64,000 nt of DNA from positions 124,001 to 188,000 of IMG/VR virus record IMGVR_UViG_3300021964_009390; one strand, given 5' to 3'. Positions 21,050 to 30,014 of the stretch are shown piece after piece (the stretch's first letter is position 1; every line of letters starts with the position of its first letter). The notes beneath the pieces are model-generated. The model was not told where the DNA came from and did not search any database. It saw only the letters and a program-made list of their open reading frames with translations. The translations under genes and the position numbers were made by a program.

Positions 21050-21261
21050 TTGATATGAAACTTTAAAGCTTTGTTGATTTTCTCTAGCAAGCTTTTCGGT
21101 CGTTGGCCAGATTCCATCAATCTTTTATATTCACTTTTGAACGCGTCAACAAATTCTTGGCTCAGCTCGAAATTCCGGGGGTAGAACTGTCTTCTGGTCA
21201 CTTTTATACTGTTGACATTCTCTTGGTACAGGTCTTGTATATTGTCGTCAAATTGTTTCAT
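21046..21261 (-). CDS. small late protein, CTS-like N-terminus
   Basis: MKQFDDNIQDLYQE; TATAAATA 6 nt upstream. Confidence 0.65.
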   Translation of the reverse strand: MKQFDDNIQDLYQENVNSIKVTRRQFYPRNFELSQEFVDAFKSEYKRLMESGQRPKSLLEKINKALKFHIN

Positions 21262-21280
21262 CTATAGTATTTATATAAAA

Positions 21281-21967
21281 CTACAACTTTCCTCCAGGGA
21301 ACACATCATCTGGCTTGATATTAAATTTAGCTAGTTCTTCCCAGTCTATATCACTATCCCCTTCATCATATGTATCACCATCGTCTGTTACGTACAAGCT
21401 AGCCTGTCGAATCCTCTCTCTAGGTGACCCTGACAGCTGTATCACTGCCGGGCGGTCGTCTGTATGAAAGAACACACTCGAGGGTTGCAGGGATTGGTAC
21501 TCGATCTGCCTCAAAATTCCGTCAACTTCTTGTATGTATCCCGGGTCGGTGTCTCTGGTTCCGTTGCTCTCGATACTAATCGTGTTATCATACGGTATAT
21601 AAAATACTATATCTATAAATTTCATACTCTCTTTCACCAGCGGTATACAACTCTCTATAAACTCTTCATCGATGTCACTCAACTGCTTGTCATATGAATA
21701 CAATGAATATGCTATGTTGTCTATGGGGCACCGGTCAAATATAACATGATCATCTCGTGTGTATTTCATTTGCTGATCCACCATGAAATCTAGAATGGTT
21801 TGTTGTGTCTCTTTGTTAGTCTCTTTGCTGTGATCTAAACCTTTTTCAGTTAAGATGTCTCTATATGATTCTGAGGGTTTATGATACACGCCTTCCCAAT
21901 TTTTTAAAAAATCATTCACAAATGTGCTTTTACCCACACACGCAGTTCCAGTTACAGCTACTCTCAT
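21281..21967 (-). CDS. P-loop nucleotide kinase (AAA_28/NadR-like)
   Basis: VTGTACVGKST, FDRCPIDN.AY, NGTRD. Confidence 0.75.
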   Translation of the reverse strand: MRVAVTGTACVGKSTFVNDFLKNWEGVYHKPSESYRDILTEKGLDHSKETNKETQQTILDFMVDQQMKYTRDDHVIFDRCPIDNIAYSLYSYDKQLSDIDEEFIESCIPLVKESMKFIDIVFYIPYDNTISIESNGTRDTDPGYIQEVDGILRQIEYQSLQPSSVFFHTDDRPAVIQLSGSPRERIRQASLYVTDDGDTYDEGDSDIDWEELAKFNIKPDDVFPGGKL

Positions 21968-21992
21968 AATATATATAATTAACTACAATTGA

Positions 21993-22136
21993 TTATTTTT
22001 CAACTTTAGACTTCAATGTGTATAGTATTTTAACCCCTTTAGGTATCTGTTTTTGAAACCATTTACGTACAGATTCTGATGGTGGTAGGCTCGACACTTT
22101 GATCAACACACTTTTAGGTTGCTCGTTACTTTTCAT
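21993..22136 (-). CDS. small hypothetical protein
   Basis: 47 aa from ATG 22136, overlapping the upstream stop. Confidence 0.45.
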   Translation of the reverse strand: MKSNEQPKSVLIKVSSLPPSESVRKWFQKQIPKGVKILYTLKSKVEK

Positions 22137-22503
22137 ATATGTCTCGATGCGCACGTTGAAATTTGCGCATGATGACCCCGGCCAGTGAGTTGGCTTCATT
22201 TTCTATTGGACTACCATCATCACCACACCCTGGTTTCAGACGACCTTGTTCATGTTGTTTAGCATGTACTAGTTCATGTGCTAAGCTTCTCAATATATCA
22301 ACTAGAGCCCGACCACCGCTCATCACTTTTATTTCCCTAGTCATAGGATTGAAACTCCCGGTCGTCATGTCCTGTTCAGGTCTGTCTACAAAACCTATTT
22401 CGCACGGGGTCTGCAGGTTTAAACTATGTTTACAGTACTTGATGAACCTGTCAAGTGTGTCCTTACCTTCATGTAGAAAAACATAGTTTTTAAAACTGTT
22501 CAT
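22126..22503 (-). CDS. HExxH zinc metallopeptidase-like protein
   Basis: LRSLAHELVHAKQ...IENEAN; start MNSFKNY 8 nt below TAAATA. Confidence 0.7.
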   Translation of the reverse strand: MNSFKNYVFLHEGKDTLDRFIKYCKHSLNLQTPCEIGFVDRPEQDMTTGSFNPMTREIKVMSGGRALVDILRSLAHELVHAKQHEQGRLKPGCGDDGSPIENEANSLAGVIMRKFQRAHRDIYEK

Positions 22504-22510
22504 TGTGTGT

Positions 22511-22816
22511 TTATTTATTCTTGTTAGAGTAGAATACTTCAATAGATTGTGTAGAACCTACAAGACTATCATACAACCAGCTGGTCGCGGAGCATGCTAG
22601 ACCCATGAATACATGGGTAATGTAGTCGTTGTTAACAAAATGGCTCATACCAAAACCGGTCCAAAAGCCTACACACATACTACATGACAACAGCTCATTC
22701 AATAATGTATGGCGCGCCTTCAACCAGTCACGCGGTATTTTTAAAATGCTACCATACACAATGACTGCTGTTGCACCAGTCATCGAGACTAGTTGCAACC
22801 AAAATGGTAAATTCAC
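22511..22816 (-). CDS. DUF1360-like membrane protein
   Basis: Hydrophobic helices, ELLSCSMCVGFW. Confidence 0.6.
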   Translation of the reverse strand: MNLPFWLQLVSMTGATAVIVYGSILKIPRDWLKARHTLLNELLSCSMCVGFWTGFGMSHFVNNDYITHVFMGLACSATSWLYDSLVGSTQSIEVFYSNKNK

Positions 22817-23001
22817 TTGTCTTTCTGGAGATGTTTTAATGCATCTCCAAGCAGTTCCGCTTGTTCAATTTCTAGCTGGACAGTGTTACCATGATCATCT
22901 GTAATACTCACATGTATATCATCATCCAATACAACTTCCGGACACTTGTCTTTACCGCAACATAGCAGCACTCCACGTTCTGTAATTTTTAGCATACTCA
23001 T
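22813..23001 (-). CDS. small Cys-containing protein
   Basis: LLCCGKDKCP; ATG 23001 lies 5 nt below TATAAATA. Confidence 0.55.
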   Translation of the reverse strand: MSMLKITERGVLLCCGKDKCPEVVLDDDIHVSITDDHGNTVQLEIEQAELLGDALKHLQKDK

Positions 23002-23009
23002 GTAATTAT

Positions 23010-23813
23010 TTATACTCCTGTTGTTTGATCCCACGCACTAACATGCAATCTAGTCAATGCCGTATAACCGTATTTTTTACCCATCTCCATACAAAACTGT
23101 GTACGTTCATGATAATCTTCACGTTTGTCTAACCCGGGCATCATCAGCACTCGCTTGGGTTGTATACCGAAAGGTTTGATAAAATCTCTCTCTATTTCTT
23201 CTAAACATGATTCTTCACTTATTACAAACTTGAACCAGTGATTATAGTGCTCCATGATTCTTTCCAATGCGCGTGGTACTATCCGGCGCTTGCTATCCAT
23301 ACCACTGTTAGCTAGTTTTACAGAACAGTTTATTTGATCTAGATGTTCAAATAAATCATCTTCTATATACATGGTACCGTTGGTTTCTATCTCGTTAAAC
23401 AAATATCTACCCTGTGGGCTGTCCTTGATGTCCTGTTCATCATCACCCCATGTAGAATGTTTGTCATAAAACCATTTCAAGAAACCTACGATGGCGCGTT
23501 GGTTTTTGGGTATAGTTGGTTCACCACCAGTCCATATCAAGTTGACTCGACCTTCTTTGATCCAGTCATACACGTTTTGTTCTTTCCACCTATCTACTAG
23601 ATAACTGAAAGGTTTTTCTAGGCCTTTCTTCCACACATACTCTGTGTCACACCACCATGTTGCTTGGCCTGACTTCATCAGGCTACCGTCGACACCTCCG
23701 CACATCAAGTTACATGCTTTGAGTCGTATGAAGTACGCTGGTACACCACTGGTTTGACCTTCACCTTGAACGCTGTAAAAATCTTCTGAAATGTTTAATG
23801 TATCTATTTCCAT
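23010..23813 (-). CDS. queE: 7-carboxy-7-deazaguanine synthase QueE (radical SAM)
   Basis: FYSVQGEG..SG.PA.FIRL..CNL.C...(insert)...WCDT, TGGEP, ETNG, RLHV. Confidence 0.9.
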   Translation of the reverse strand: MEIDTLNISEDFYSVQGEGQTSGVPAYFIRLKACNLMCGGVDGSLMKSGQATWWCDTEYVWKKGLEKPFSYLVDRWKEQNVYDWIKEGRVNLIWTGGEPTIPKNQRAIVGFLKWFYDKHSTWGDDEQDIKDSPQGRYLFNEIETNGTMYIEDDLFEHLDQINCSVKLANSGMDSKRRIVPRALERIMEHYNHWFKFVISEESCLEEIERDFIKPFGIQPKRVLMMPGLDKREDYHERTQFCMEMGKKYGYTALTRLHVSAWDQTTGV

Positions 23814-23817
23814 ATAT

Positions 23818-24525
23818 TTAAAATAACCACGTGTTTTTAGTTTTACCACTATATTTTGGATCCACCCATTTACCCACTGTCTTGTTTTGAGCATCTTTCA
23901 ATTTAGGTGGAGGTGTTTTGAATGGTGGCTTGGTAATTTTTTTAGCATTATCATCCTGTTGTTTGATTTCTTGCGCGACCGATTCTTCAGAAGTCTCAAC
24001 AGACTCGCGAGTCTCTTCATGATGTTCTTGTTCTAGTGTCGATAGGTAACTGTCACTAGAGATATATGTATCTGATGTCTTTTCGCTCCCCGGAAATTCT
24101 TGATATACAGCTGAGTTGTCCTGGTGTTCAAACACCTCTACTTTGACACATCTGCACCTGAGCTTGGTTATCACACCTACATAATTGTCTGCTGCTGAAT
24201 GGCACCATTCAGCGAATTTCTCTATACCCACACCATCCATCACGCGCAAGTCACACACACCGGCTTGGTCTAGTTGCTTGAACACGCTTAATTTAGGATC
24301 ATCACTAGATATACAAGTGGTATGATCAAATTGTTGTTTGAGCAGTGCTTTAAATTCTTTAAAATTACCGAAGTCTACAACCCAGTTGTTTTCGTCTAAA
24401 GTTTCTGCCGCAAACCAGAATTTAGCTTTGAGTTGGTAGCCATGTATGAATCTACAATGGCTAGTGGCTCTTGGTTGTCTAAACGCGCAGCTACCTAGTT
24501 CAATAGTTTTTGTACTGTAATGCAT
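23818..24525 (-). CDS. queD: 6-carboxytetrahydropterin synthase QueD with C-terminal extension
   Basis: SHCRFIHGY, WVVDFG, FDHT, EVFEH..NSA. Confidence 0.88.
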   Translation of the reverse strand: MHYSTKTIELGSCAFRQPRATSHCRFIHGYQLKAKFWFAAETLDENNWVVDFGNFKEFKALLKQQFDHTTCISSDDPKLSVFKQLDQAGVCDLRVMDGVGIEKFAEWCHSAADNYVGVITKLRCRCVKVEVFEHQDNSAVYQEFPGSEKTSDTYISSDSYLSTLEQEHHEETRESVETSEESVAQEIKQQDDNAKKITKPPFKTPPPKLKDAQNKTVGKWVDPKYSGKTKNTWLF

Positions 24526-24531
24526 CTAATA

Positions 24532-24560
24532 ATTATAGATGCCTTTACATGGATATTCAA
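24532..24560 (-). promoter_or_regulatory. sigma70-type promoter TTGAAT-17-TATAAT, 6 nt upstream of queD ATG
   Basis: Read directly from the sequence. Confidence 0.8.
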
Positions 24561-24563
24561 GTG

Positions 24564-25622
24564 TTAATTCCCAGTGAAATGTTTCGGATCAAATTTATAT
24601 CCTCTGTTATTGATGTTCTTACCAACATGACCGACATCATGCGCGATCTTGTCCCACATGTCATCTAGAGAGTCAAAACCATAAAAATCTTTAATTTTGT
24701 TTCGCTCAGCAATAGATTTTTCTACCCCGGTGGTGATTAAACGATTGATAAGCTCTTTAGCTTGATGAACATTTTTGAATGAGTCAAATTCGTACCATCT
24801 CCTATTCAAAGCTTGAGATATGTATGATAACCAGATGTATTTTGGGTCGACCATGGTCATGGTTTCTGCTGGTACCAGCTTGTCTCGCTCCGGTGGTATT
24901 CCGGCTTGACCAGGTTGACGAGTTTTATCATTAGGACCACGTTCTAACATATTTAAAAAATATCTATAATCACCACTACCGCTTGATGCTGACGATTGTG
25001 CAGAACTTACATCAATGTCACCGAAGGGTGTGGGTAGTCTTGTTGTATCAGGGTCTGCCAGAATTTCTAGTATATTTTTTGTTTTCTGTTCCGGACGAGC
25101 AGCAATCTCATTTCTCAATTTAGGAAATATTTTATGCGCGTCAATCATAGACTTTAACGCGGACAAACCTTGCTTTTCCGAATCATCAACATCAGACATG
25201 TAGTCTTTAAATGTACCAGGTTCAGACGATTCAGGCTCCTCAGCTGTTTCCGGTTTCTTAGGTGGTTCTGGTTTCTTGACCGGTTCAGGTTTCTTGACCG
25301 GTTTCTCATCTTTTCCACCTAGTATGTCTCGAATCGGGTGATCGTTAGATACATTCACATTAGTACTACTGATTGGTTTTTTAGGTTTGTAGTTGTCTAC
25401 AGTACCGTCTAGAGGTGCCAATTGTACCGGGAGGTTGGGTATAGTTGAATCCGGTCGTCGGCGAGGTTTTTTAGGTTCATCATCTTGCTCATCCTTGAAA
25501 CCACTTGTAAAATCTTTCCCAGCGGTTTTGATACGATCATAAGCTTTACCTAGCAATTTACCAGCATCTTTAGCAAACCCTTCAGTGTAGTTCTCGTATA
25601 TTGCCTGTTGATCACGGTCCAT
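24564..25622 (-). CDS. hypothetical late protein with Pro/Lys-rich linker
   Basis: 352 aa; MDRDQQAIYENYTE N-terminus; KPEPVK repeats. Confidence 0.7.
   Translation of the reverse strand: MDRDQQAIYENYTEGFAKDAGKLLGKAYDRIKTAGKDFTSGFKDEQDDEPKKPRRRPDSTIPNLPVQLAPLDGTVDNYKPKKPISSTNVNVSNDHPIRDILGGKDEKPVKKPEPVKKPEPPKKPETAEEPESSEPGTFKDYMSDVDDSEKQGLSALKSMIDAHKIFPKLRNEIAARPEQKTKNILEILADPDTTRLPTPFGDIDVSSAQSSASSGSGDYRYFLNMLERGPNDKTRQPGQAGIPPERDKLVPAETMTMVDPKYIWLSYISQALNRRWYEFDSFKNVHQAKELINRLITTGVEKSIAERNKIKDFYGFDSLDDMWDKIAHDVGHVGKNINNRGYKFDPKHFTGN
25264..25305. repeat. imperfect 18-bp coding tandem repeat (KPEPVK)
   Basis: GGTTCTGGTTTCTTGACC GGTTCAGGTTTCTTGACC GGTTTC. Confidence 0.7.
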
Positions 25623-25624
25623 GC

Positions 25625-26143
25625 TTACAGGTCCAGTGGACTTTTAATATTTCTAGGTGGTGGTGTATCATCATCATCGTCATCATCTAGATCTAGTATA
25701 CTTTTTTTACGTTTCGGTTTACTCTCGGATGGTTCATATTTAAACCTATCATCTTTAGATGGACCATCACCCTGTACATCGTATCCAGGGAATGCACTTT
25801 TGTATGAATTCAATATACCAGGATTGACTCTATCACAAAAATCAGAATTCCGAGTTATATATACTCCTTTTTTCATTTGTCTGAACATCCAAAGCAACTC
25901 CTGTGTGGCACATGGACAGCCATCAAGAGCTCTGTGGATAACCTCTCTCTTGACCACATCATCTTCTGTAACTAGCAGTGGACTGGCTAGAATCTCAGAA
26001 CCCATACGCTCCAGTCTCTCTTGAGAGATGTTCATGTCTGGGTCTTCCGGATTGTTCGTCTCCCCGGGTTGTGAGAAGCGGACTTCATTGACATGTTCAG
26101 CACCTTTTACTAGCTGTTTTATTTTACTAAGTTTATCATTCAT
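25625..26143 (-). CDS. hypothetical late protein
   Basis: Likely start MNDKLSK at 26143, below TAAATA at 26155-26160. Confidence 0.65.
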   Translation of the reverse strand: MNDKLSKIKQLVKGAEHVNEVRFSQPGETNNPEDPDMNISQERLERMGSEILASPLLVTEDDVVKREVIHRALDGCPCATQELLWMFRQMKKGVYITRNSDFCDRVNPGILNSYKSAFPGYDVQGDGPSKDDRFKYEPSESKPKRKKSILDLDDDDDDDTPPPRNIKSPLDL

Positions 26144-26153
26144 GGTGTGTATA

Positions 26154-27809
26154 TTATTTAGTTGAACTGGCTGTAGAACCACTGGTACTACCTGCACCTA
26201 AACTAGGAGCTTGCTTTGCCGGTGATACACTACCTGCACCTAAACTCGGTGCTTGCGGCGACGGGGTGGGAACACCTGGTCCTAGATTTGGAGCTTGTTT
26301 GGCCGGTTTGCCCGGTTTTTTCGAACCACCACCTCCTCCACCTCCAGTCACGGGTGAGGGTTGAGTTGTTACAGGGGGTTTCGGAAGCGGTACTCTGCTA
26401 CCTCCATCACTTCCAACTCTGCTACCACCGGGTTTGCGTCCTGGTATTTCAACTGGTGTTTTTGGAAATTGTTCAGTGTCCGGTTCACCTTCAGGGGTAT
26501 TGGTCGGTGGTGGTGCCGGGTCTGCATCTGGTTCGGATTCTACTTCCGGGTCTGCTTCAGCATATTTTATGACAGCCATGGCCACTTCTTTGACTGATCG
26601 TGTATCCATCAAACCACTCTCTCTAGCTGCCAATCCAATGGCACCTAGACCTAGCATGGATACAGCTGATTTGTCTGGTTCAAGATTTAAAATTTTAGCC
26701 ATTACATTGTCGAATTCATCAGGAAACTCTGGTTCAAAAATTATAGGAGGAAAATAGTCTTTTTGAATTTTTCTGTAGATCTTCCAGCGACTAGTGTTGT
26801 CTCCTGGATCCTTTTTGTTCATTATACCATAAACACCTCCTATTTTGACACGACGTTCAATTTGATCTAACAATCTGTATCGTTCTAATAACGCCTTGAT
26901 CGCTGGATGGTTCATCAGTTTGCCTATAGTCAGTCTAAATCCAGGGTCACGCTTCTCATCATCTGTTTGAGCGCCAAACCCGTGTTCACCTTCATGTGAT
27001 TCTGGACTACCTTCTTCTGGTGGTTGCTCTCGCTTCATGCTACCGGGCTTGTATTTCGCTCGTTTTTCACGTTTTTTGTCACGTGACTGTCTCATTTTAC
27101 TCTTCCGGTTTTTTCTGGCTTCCTCTAGATTCTCTTCCGGTTTCAATTTGAAATCGTCTGGGTTGTTAGGGTCTTTATCACCTATGTTGGGTATGATAGT
27201 TTTGACTCGTAATGTTATTGGTCTGGAGTATGCATTGGAGCTGTTGGCTGAGTTTGCAGTACCATACAATACCAACAGTTGATTGTTGGGTATGTCTAGA
27301 TGGTCAAATTCAAAGTAATACGGATCCGCGTTGGCCATGCCAGTGTTAATTTTACCAAACTCACGTATTTTACCTGTCTCGTCCTCGTACTGACCTTGCC
27401 TGACGGGTAACACAGGTGCACCTTGTTTGTATATTTTCTTGAGTGATTTAAAGGTGTTCATACCACGTTGAACGCTTTTCCAGAAACCTTTTTGTTTTGC
27501 AGCGCCATGCACTCCAGTTCCTAGTTGGTCATGATGAGCATCCGGGTCTTTCAATCGGTCAGCAGTACCTGGGTTTTGTCTGTCCATCACCTCATCACTG
27601 GTGGTAGTCAATATGTTACCTTCCGCATCCTGAGGTGCGCGGATTTTTTGATCTCCAGTCTCACCACTAGGTTCTAATTGACCCTTCAGTTTGCTATCTT
27701 CTCTGTCGCTAGATATTTTTTGTTTTGCGTCATTAACTTCATCCTCGTCATAGCCGTATTTGTCTATACCCTCGACAAGATTTTTAATTTTCTTGAAATG
27801 TTTGTTCAT
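26154..27809 (-). CDS. large low-complexity late protein
   Basis: 551 aa; MNKHFKKIKNLVE N-terminus; Pro/Gly-rich tail with QAPSLGAG repeats. Confidence 0.7.
   Translation of the reverse strand: MNKHFKKIKNLVEGIDKYGYDEDEVNDAKQKISSDREDSKLKGQLEPSGETGDQKIRAPQDAEGNILTTTSDEVMDRQNPGTADRLKDPDAHHDQLGTGVHGAAKQKGFWKSVQRGMNTFKSLKKIYKQGAPVLPVRQGQYEDETGKIREFGKINTGMANADPYYFEFDHLDIPNNQLLVLYGTANSANSSNAYSRPITLRVKTIIPNIGDKDPNNPDDFKLKPEENLEEARKNRKSKMRQSRDKKREKRAKYKPGSMKREQPPEEGSPESHEGEHGFGAQTDDEKRDPGFRLTIGKLMNHPAIKALLERYRLLDQIERRVKIGGVYGIMNKKDPGDNTSRWKIYRKIQKDYFPPIIFEPEFPDEFDNVMAKILNLEPDKSAVSMLGLGAIGLAARESGLMDTRSVKEVAMAVIKYAEADPEVESEPDADPAPPPTNTPEGEPDTEQFPKTPVEIPGRKPGGSRVGSDGGSRVPLPKPPVTTQPSPVTGGGGGGGSKKPGKPAKQAPNLGPGVPTPSPQAPSLGAGSVSPAKQAPSLGAGSTSGSTASSTK
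26187..26305. repeat. imperfect coding repeat, about 42-bp unit (PAKQAP.LG.G)
   Basis: CTACCTGCACCTAAACT at 26187 and 26229, with a third degenerate copy. Confidence 0.6.
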
Positions 27810-28219
27810 GACATTAAAAACAGTTTACTGATTTTCTCAAATTCTTCTCGCTCCACACCCCGTTCCTTGAGAAACGCTTCCAAGTGTTGAATGTCTCCAG
27901 CGTTGATTATGTTGTAGTGTGACGCTTCATCACAATCGTCTCTTTTTACATCACTCAAATAGTTCATCACGAATTGCTTGAACATCTCGAATGTACCTCC
28001 GTGAGGTTCCACTTGATCCGGAGACAGTTCGATAGTGTTTTGGTCCATGTCTGGTGCCATCACCATCACACGTAACATTCCTTCGTTCTCTTCTATAATA
28101 TAACCTTCATACGGTAGAGAGTCAGACGGAGATTGATGATCACGTGGATCAGTTTTCATACGAACACGCTTGAGTTGTGTGTTGTTCAACGCGTTCTCTA
28201 CAACATGGTGAAATTTCAT
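27806..28219 (-). CDS. hypothetical late protein
   Basis: MKFHHVVE..; TAAATA 6 nt upstream. Confidence 0.7.
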   Translation of the reverse strand: MKFHHVVENALNNTQLKRVRMKTDPRDHQSPSDSLPYEGYIIEENEGMLRVMVMAPDMDQNTIELSPDQVEPHGGTFEMFKQFVMNYLSDVKRDDCDEASHYNIINAGDIQHLEAFLKERGVEREEFEKISKLFLMS

Positions 28220-28241
28220 TACAATTATTTATGTTTAATAC

Positions 28242-28270
28242 TTGAATATAACTAGGCTTGTGTATATAAT
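28242..28270 (+). promoter_or_regulatory. sigma70-type promoter TTGAAT-17-TATAAT, 6 nt upstream of folE ATG
   Basis: Read directly from the sequence. Confidence 0.8.
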
Positions 28271-28276
28271 CATTGT

Positions 28277-28921
28277 ATGGATTACGTAAAATTACAATAC
28301 GCTAACGGTAATCATCCTAGAACACCAGAAGAGCGAGAGAAAATTATAGATAATGCAGCAAAAGCATATGAAGCATACATGGATGCATTATGTTTTGATT
28401 GGAGATCAGACCCTAACAGCGCTGACACACCCAGACGTGTGGCAAAAGCTTTTGTAAATGATCTTGCGGCTGGTTGTTATACTGAACCCCCTAACATCAC
28501 TACATTTGATAATGTAGATCAATACGATGGTTTAGTATTTCAGGGTAATATAAAGACTAACTCGTTTTGTTCACATCATCATTTACCTTTTATAGGACAG
28601 ACGCATGTAGCTTACATACCAGGTAAAGATGGTAAGGTGATCGGGTTGAGTAAATTGAACAGAATAGTCGAGTGGTTCTCTCGTAGACCACAAGTTCAAG
28701 AAAATTTAACCATGCAGGTACATAAGTATATCAATCAAGTATGCGAAGGTAATAACGGTGTTGCGGTGTTAGTTGAAGCTAACCATACATGTGCTGGACT
28801 GAGAGGTATCAAGCATGATAGTACTATGAAAACAGCTCGTATGAGTGGGGCATTTTTAGATAAAAAGGATATTAATACACGACAAGAATTTTACGACTTT
28901 GTAAGAGATTTAAAACGATGA
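28277..28921 (+). CDS. folE: GTP cyclohydrolase I
   Basis: DTPRRVAKA, SFCSHHHLPF, VIGLSKLNR, RRPQVQE, H.C...RG. Confidence 0.95.
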   Translation: MDYVKLQYANGNHPRTPEEREKIIDNAAKAYEAYMDALCFDWRSDPNSADTPRRVAKAFVNDLAAGCYTEPPNITTFDNVDQYDGLVFQGNIKTNSFCSHHHLPFIGQTHVAYIPGKDGKVIGLSKLNRIVEWFSRRPQVQENLTMQVHKYINQVCEGNNGVAVLVEANHTCAGLRGIKHDSTMKTARMSGAFLDKKDINTRQEFYDFVRDLKR

Positions 28922-29073
28922 AAACTATATTTGATAAAGTTGATACAAAATATTTAGATTGTACATCAGGTACATGTGAGCATGTAGCTCATAATTTTAA
29001 CGGTATACTGTTAGTCACTATTGCATTAGCAATCGTGACTGTAAAAGTATATCAATATTTAAACACCAGATAA
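28918..29073 (+). CDS. 51-aa putative membrane peptide (not in ORF track)
   Basis: ATGA overlap with folE stop; MKTIFDKVDTKYLDCTSGTCEHVAHNFNGILLVTIALAIVTVKVYQYLNTR. Confidence 0.55.
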   Translation: MKTIFDKVDTKYLDCTSGTCEHVAHNFNGILLVTIALAIVTVKVYQYLNTR

Positions 29074-29640
29074 TATACGTTTCACTTGTTCCGGATCTAC
29101 ATGTTCTGGTATATCTGAGACAAACACACTTGGATCGTCAATATTGTTACGTATATTAGATGCGCTGTAAGGTGTTCCGTCAGGCTTGTTTAATATATCA
29201 ACAGCTGTAAGTTGTGGGTCTAATACCTCCACGTTCAATTGTTTAGAATCTGCCCATTTCTTAGCACCAGACCATCTCTTCCAGTCATTGTCTTTCTTAC
29301 TCGCACCAAGTATCACACGTTTACCGTTCAAAGTTTCGAGTGCTAGATACGCAGCTCCTACCGGACTAGGTTGAGGGCTGATCTCTACAGTCACGTTGGG
29401 TAAGTTTGAAACATATAATTCAAATATTTTTTTAGACATTTCTGGAGTTATCACCTGGCCAGTCTTGGTCTTTCTCACACTCTTCTCACTAGGAGCAGAT
29501 ATCAACACCACAACATCATCAGCCATGCCAGAGTAGATGCTCACCATTTGATAATGACCTTTATGCGGTGGTTTGAAGCTTCCAGGTACTAAAGCAATGT
29601 CAGCGCCGGTAGTAACATAATCTTTAAAGCTAGGTATCAT
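29059..29640 (-). CDS. HxGH nucleotidyltransferase (cytidylyltransferase-like)
   Basis: PGSFKPPHKGH and YSASNIR signature. Confidence 0.85.
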   Translation of the reverse strand: MIPSFKDYVTTGADIALVPGSFKPPHKGHYQMVSIYSGMADDVVVLISAPSEKSVRKTKTGQVITPEMSKKIFELYVSNLPNVTVEISPQPSPVGAAYLALETLNGKRVILGASKKDNDWKRWSGAKKWADSKQLNVEVLDPQLTAVDILNKPDGTPYSASNIRNNIDDPSVFVSDIPEHVDPEQVKRILSGV

Positions 29641-30011
29641 TACATGTCTTTATGTAGTGACCAATCAACTGATCCTAGACCTTCGTTACGTATCAAATCA
29701 ATACCGGTCGCACGTACTCCTGGTTTACCTGGGTCCATATCATTTATCAAGAATCTAGGACCTCTCTCGATCTCCATGATCAGTCTATCATACACAATAT
29801 TATTCTCCGCTAGCTCTTTGACTGTATGATCTCTTAAATATTCCGGTCTGGCTGTAGTTAATATTATCATATGACCTAGATCTTTCCAATAATTCATTTT
29901 ATCGACAACTCCAGACAGGACTTTTGGTTTAGATGTCATGTACGTTTCAAACTTACGATACTCAAATAGAGTACCATCAATATCACAAAATATAGTGTTT
30001 TTCTTTTCCAT
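29640..30011 (-). CDS. HAD-family phosphatase (Pnkp-phosphatase-like)
   Basis: FCDIDGTL, LTTARP, IND. Confidence 0.8.
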   Translation of the reverse strand: MEKKNTIFCDIDGTLFEYRKFETYMTSKPKVLSGVVDKMNYWKDLGHMIILTTARPEYLRDHTVKELAENNIVYDRLIMEIERGPRFLINDMDPGKPGVRATGIDLIRNEGLGSVDWSLHKDM

Positions 30012-30014
30012 AAA

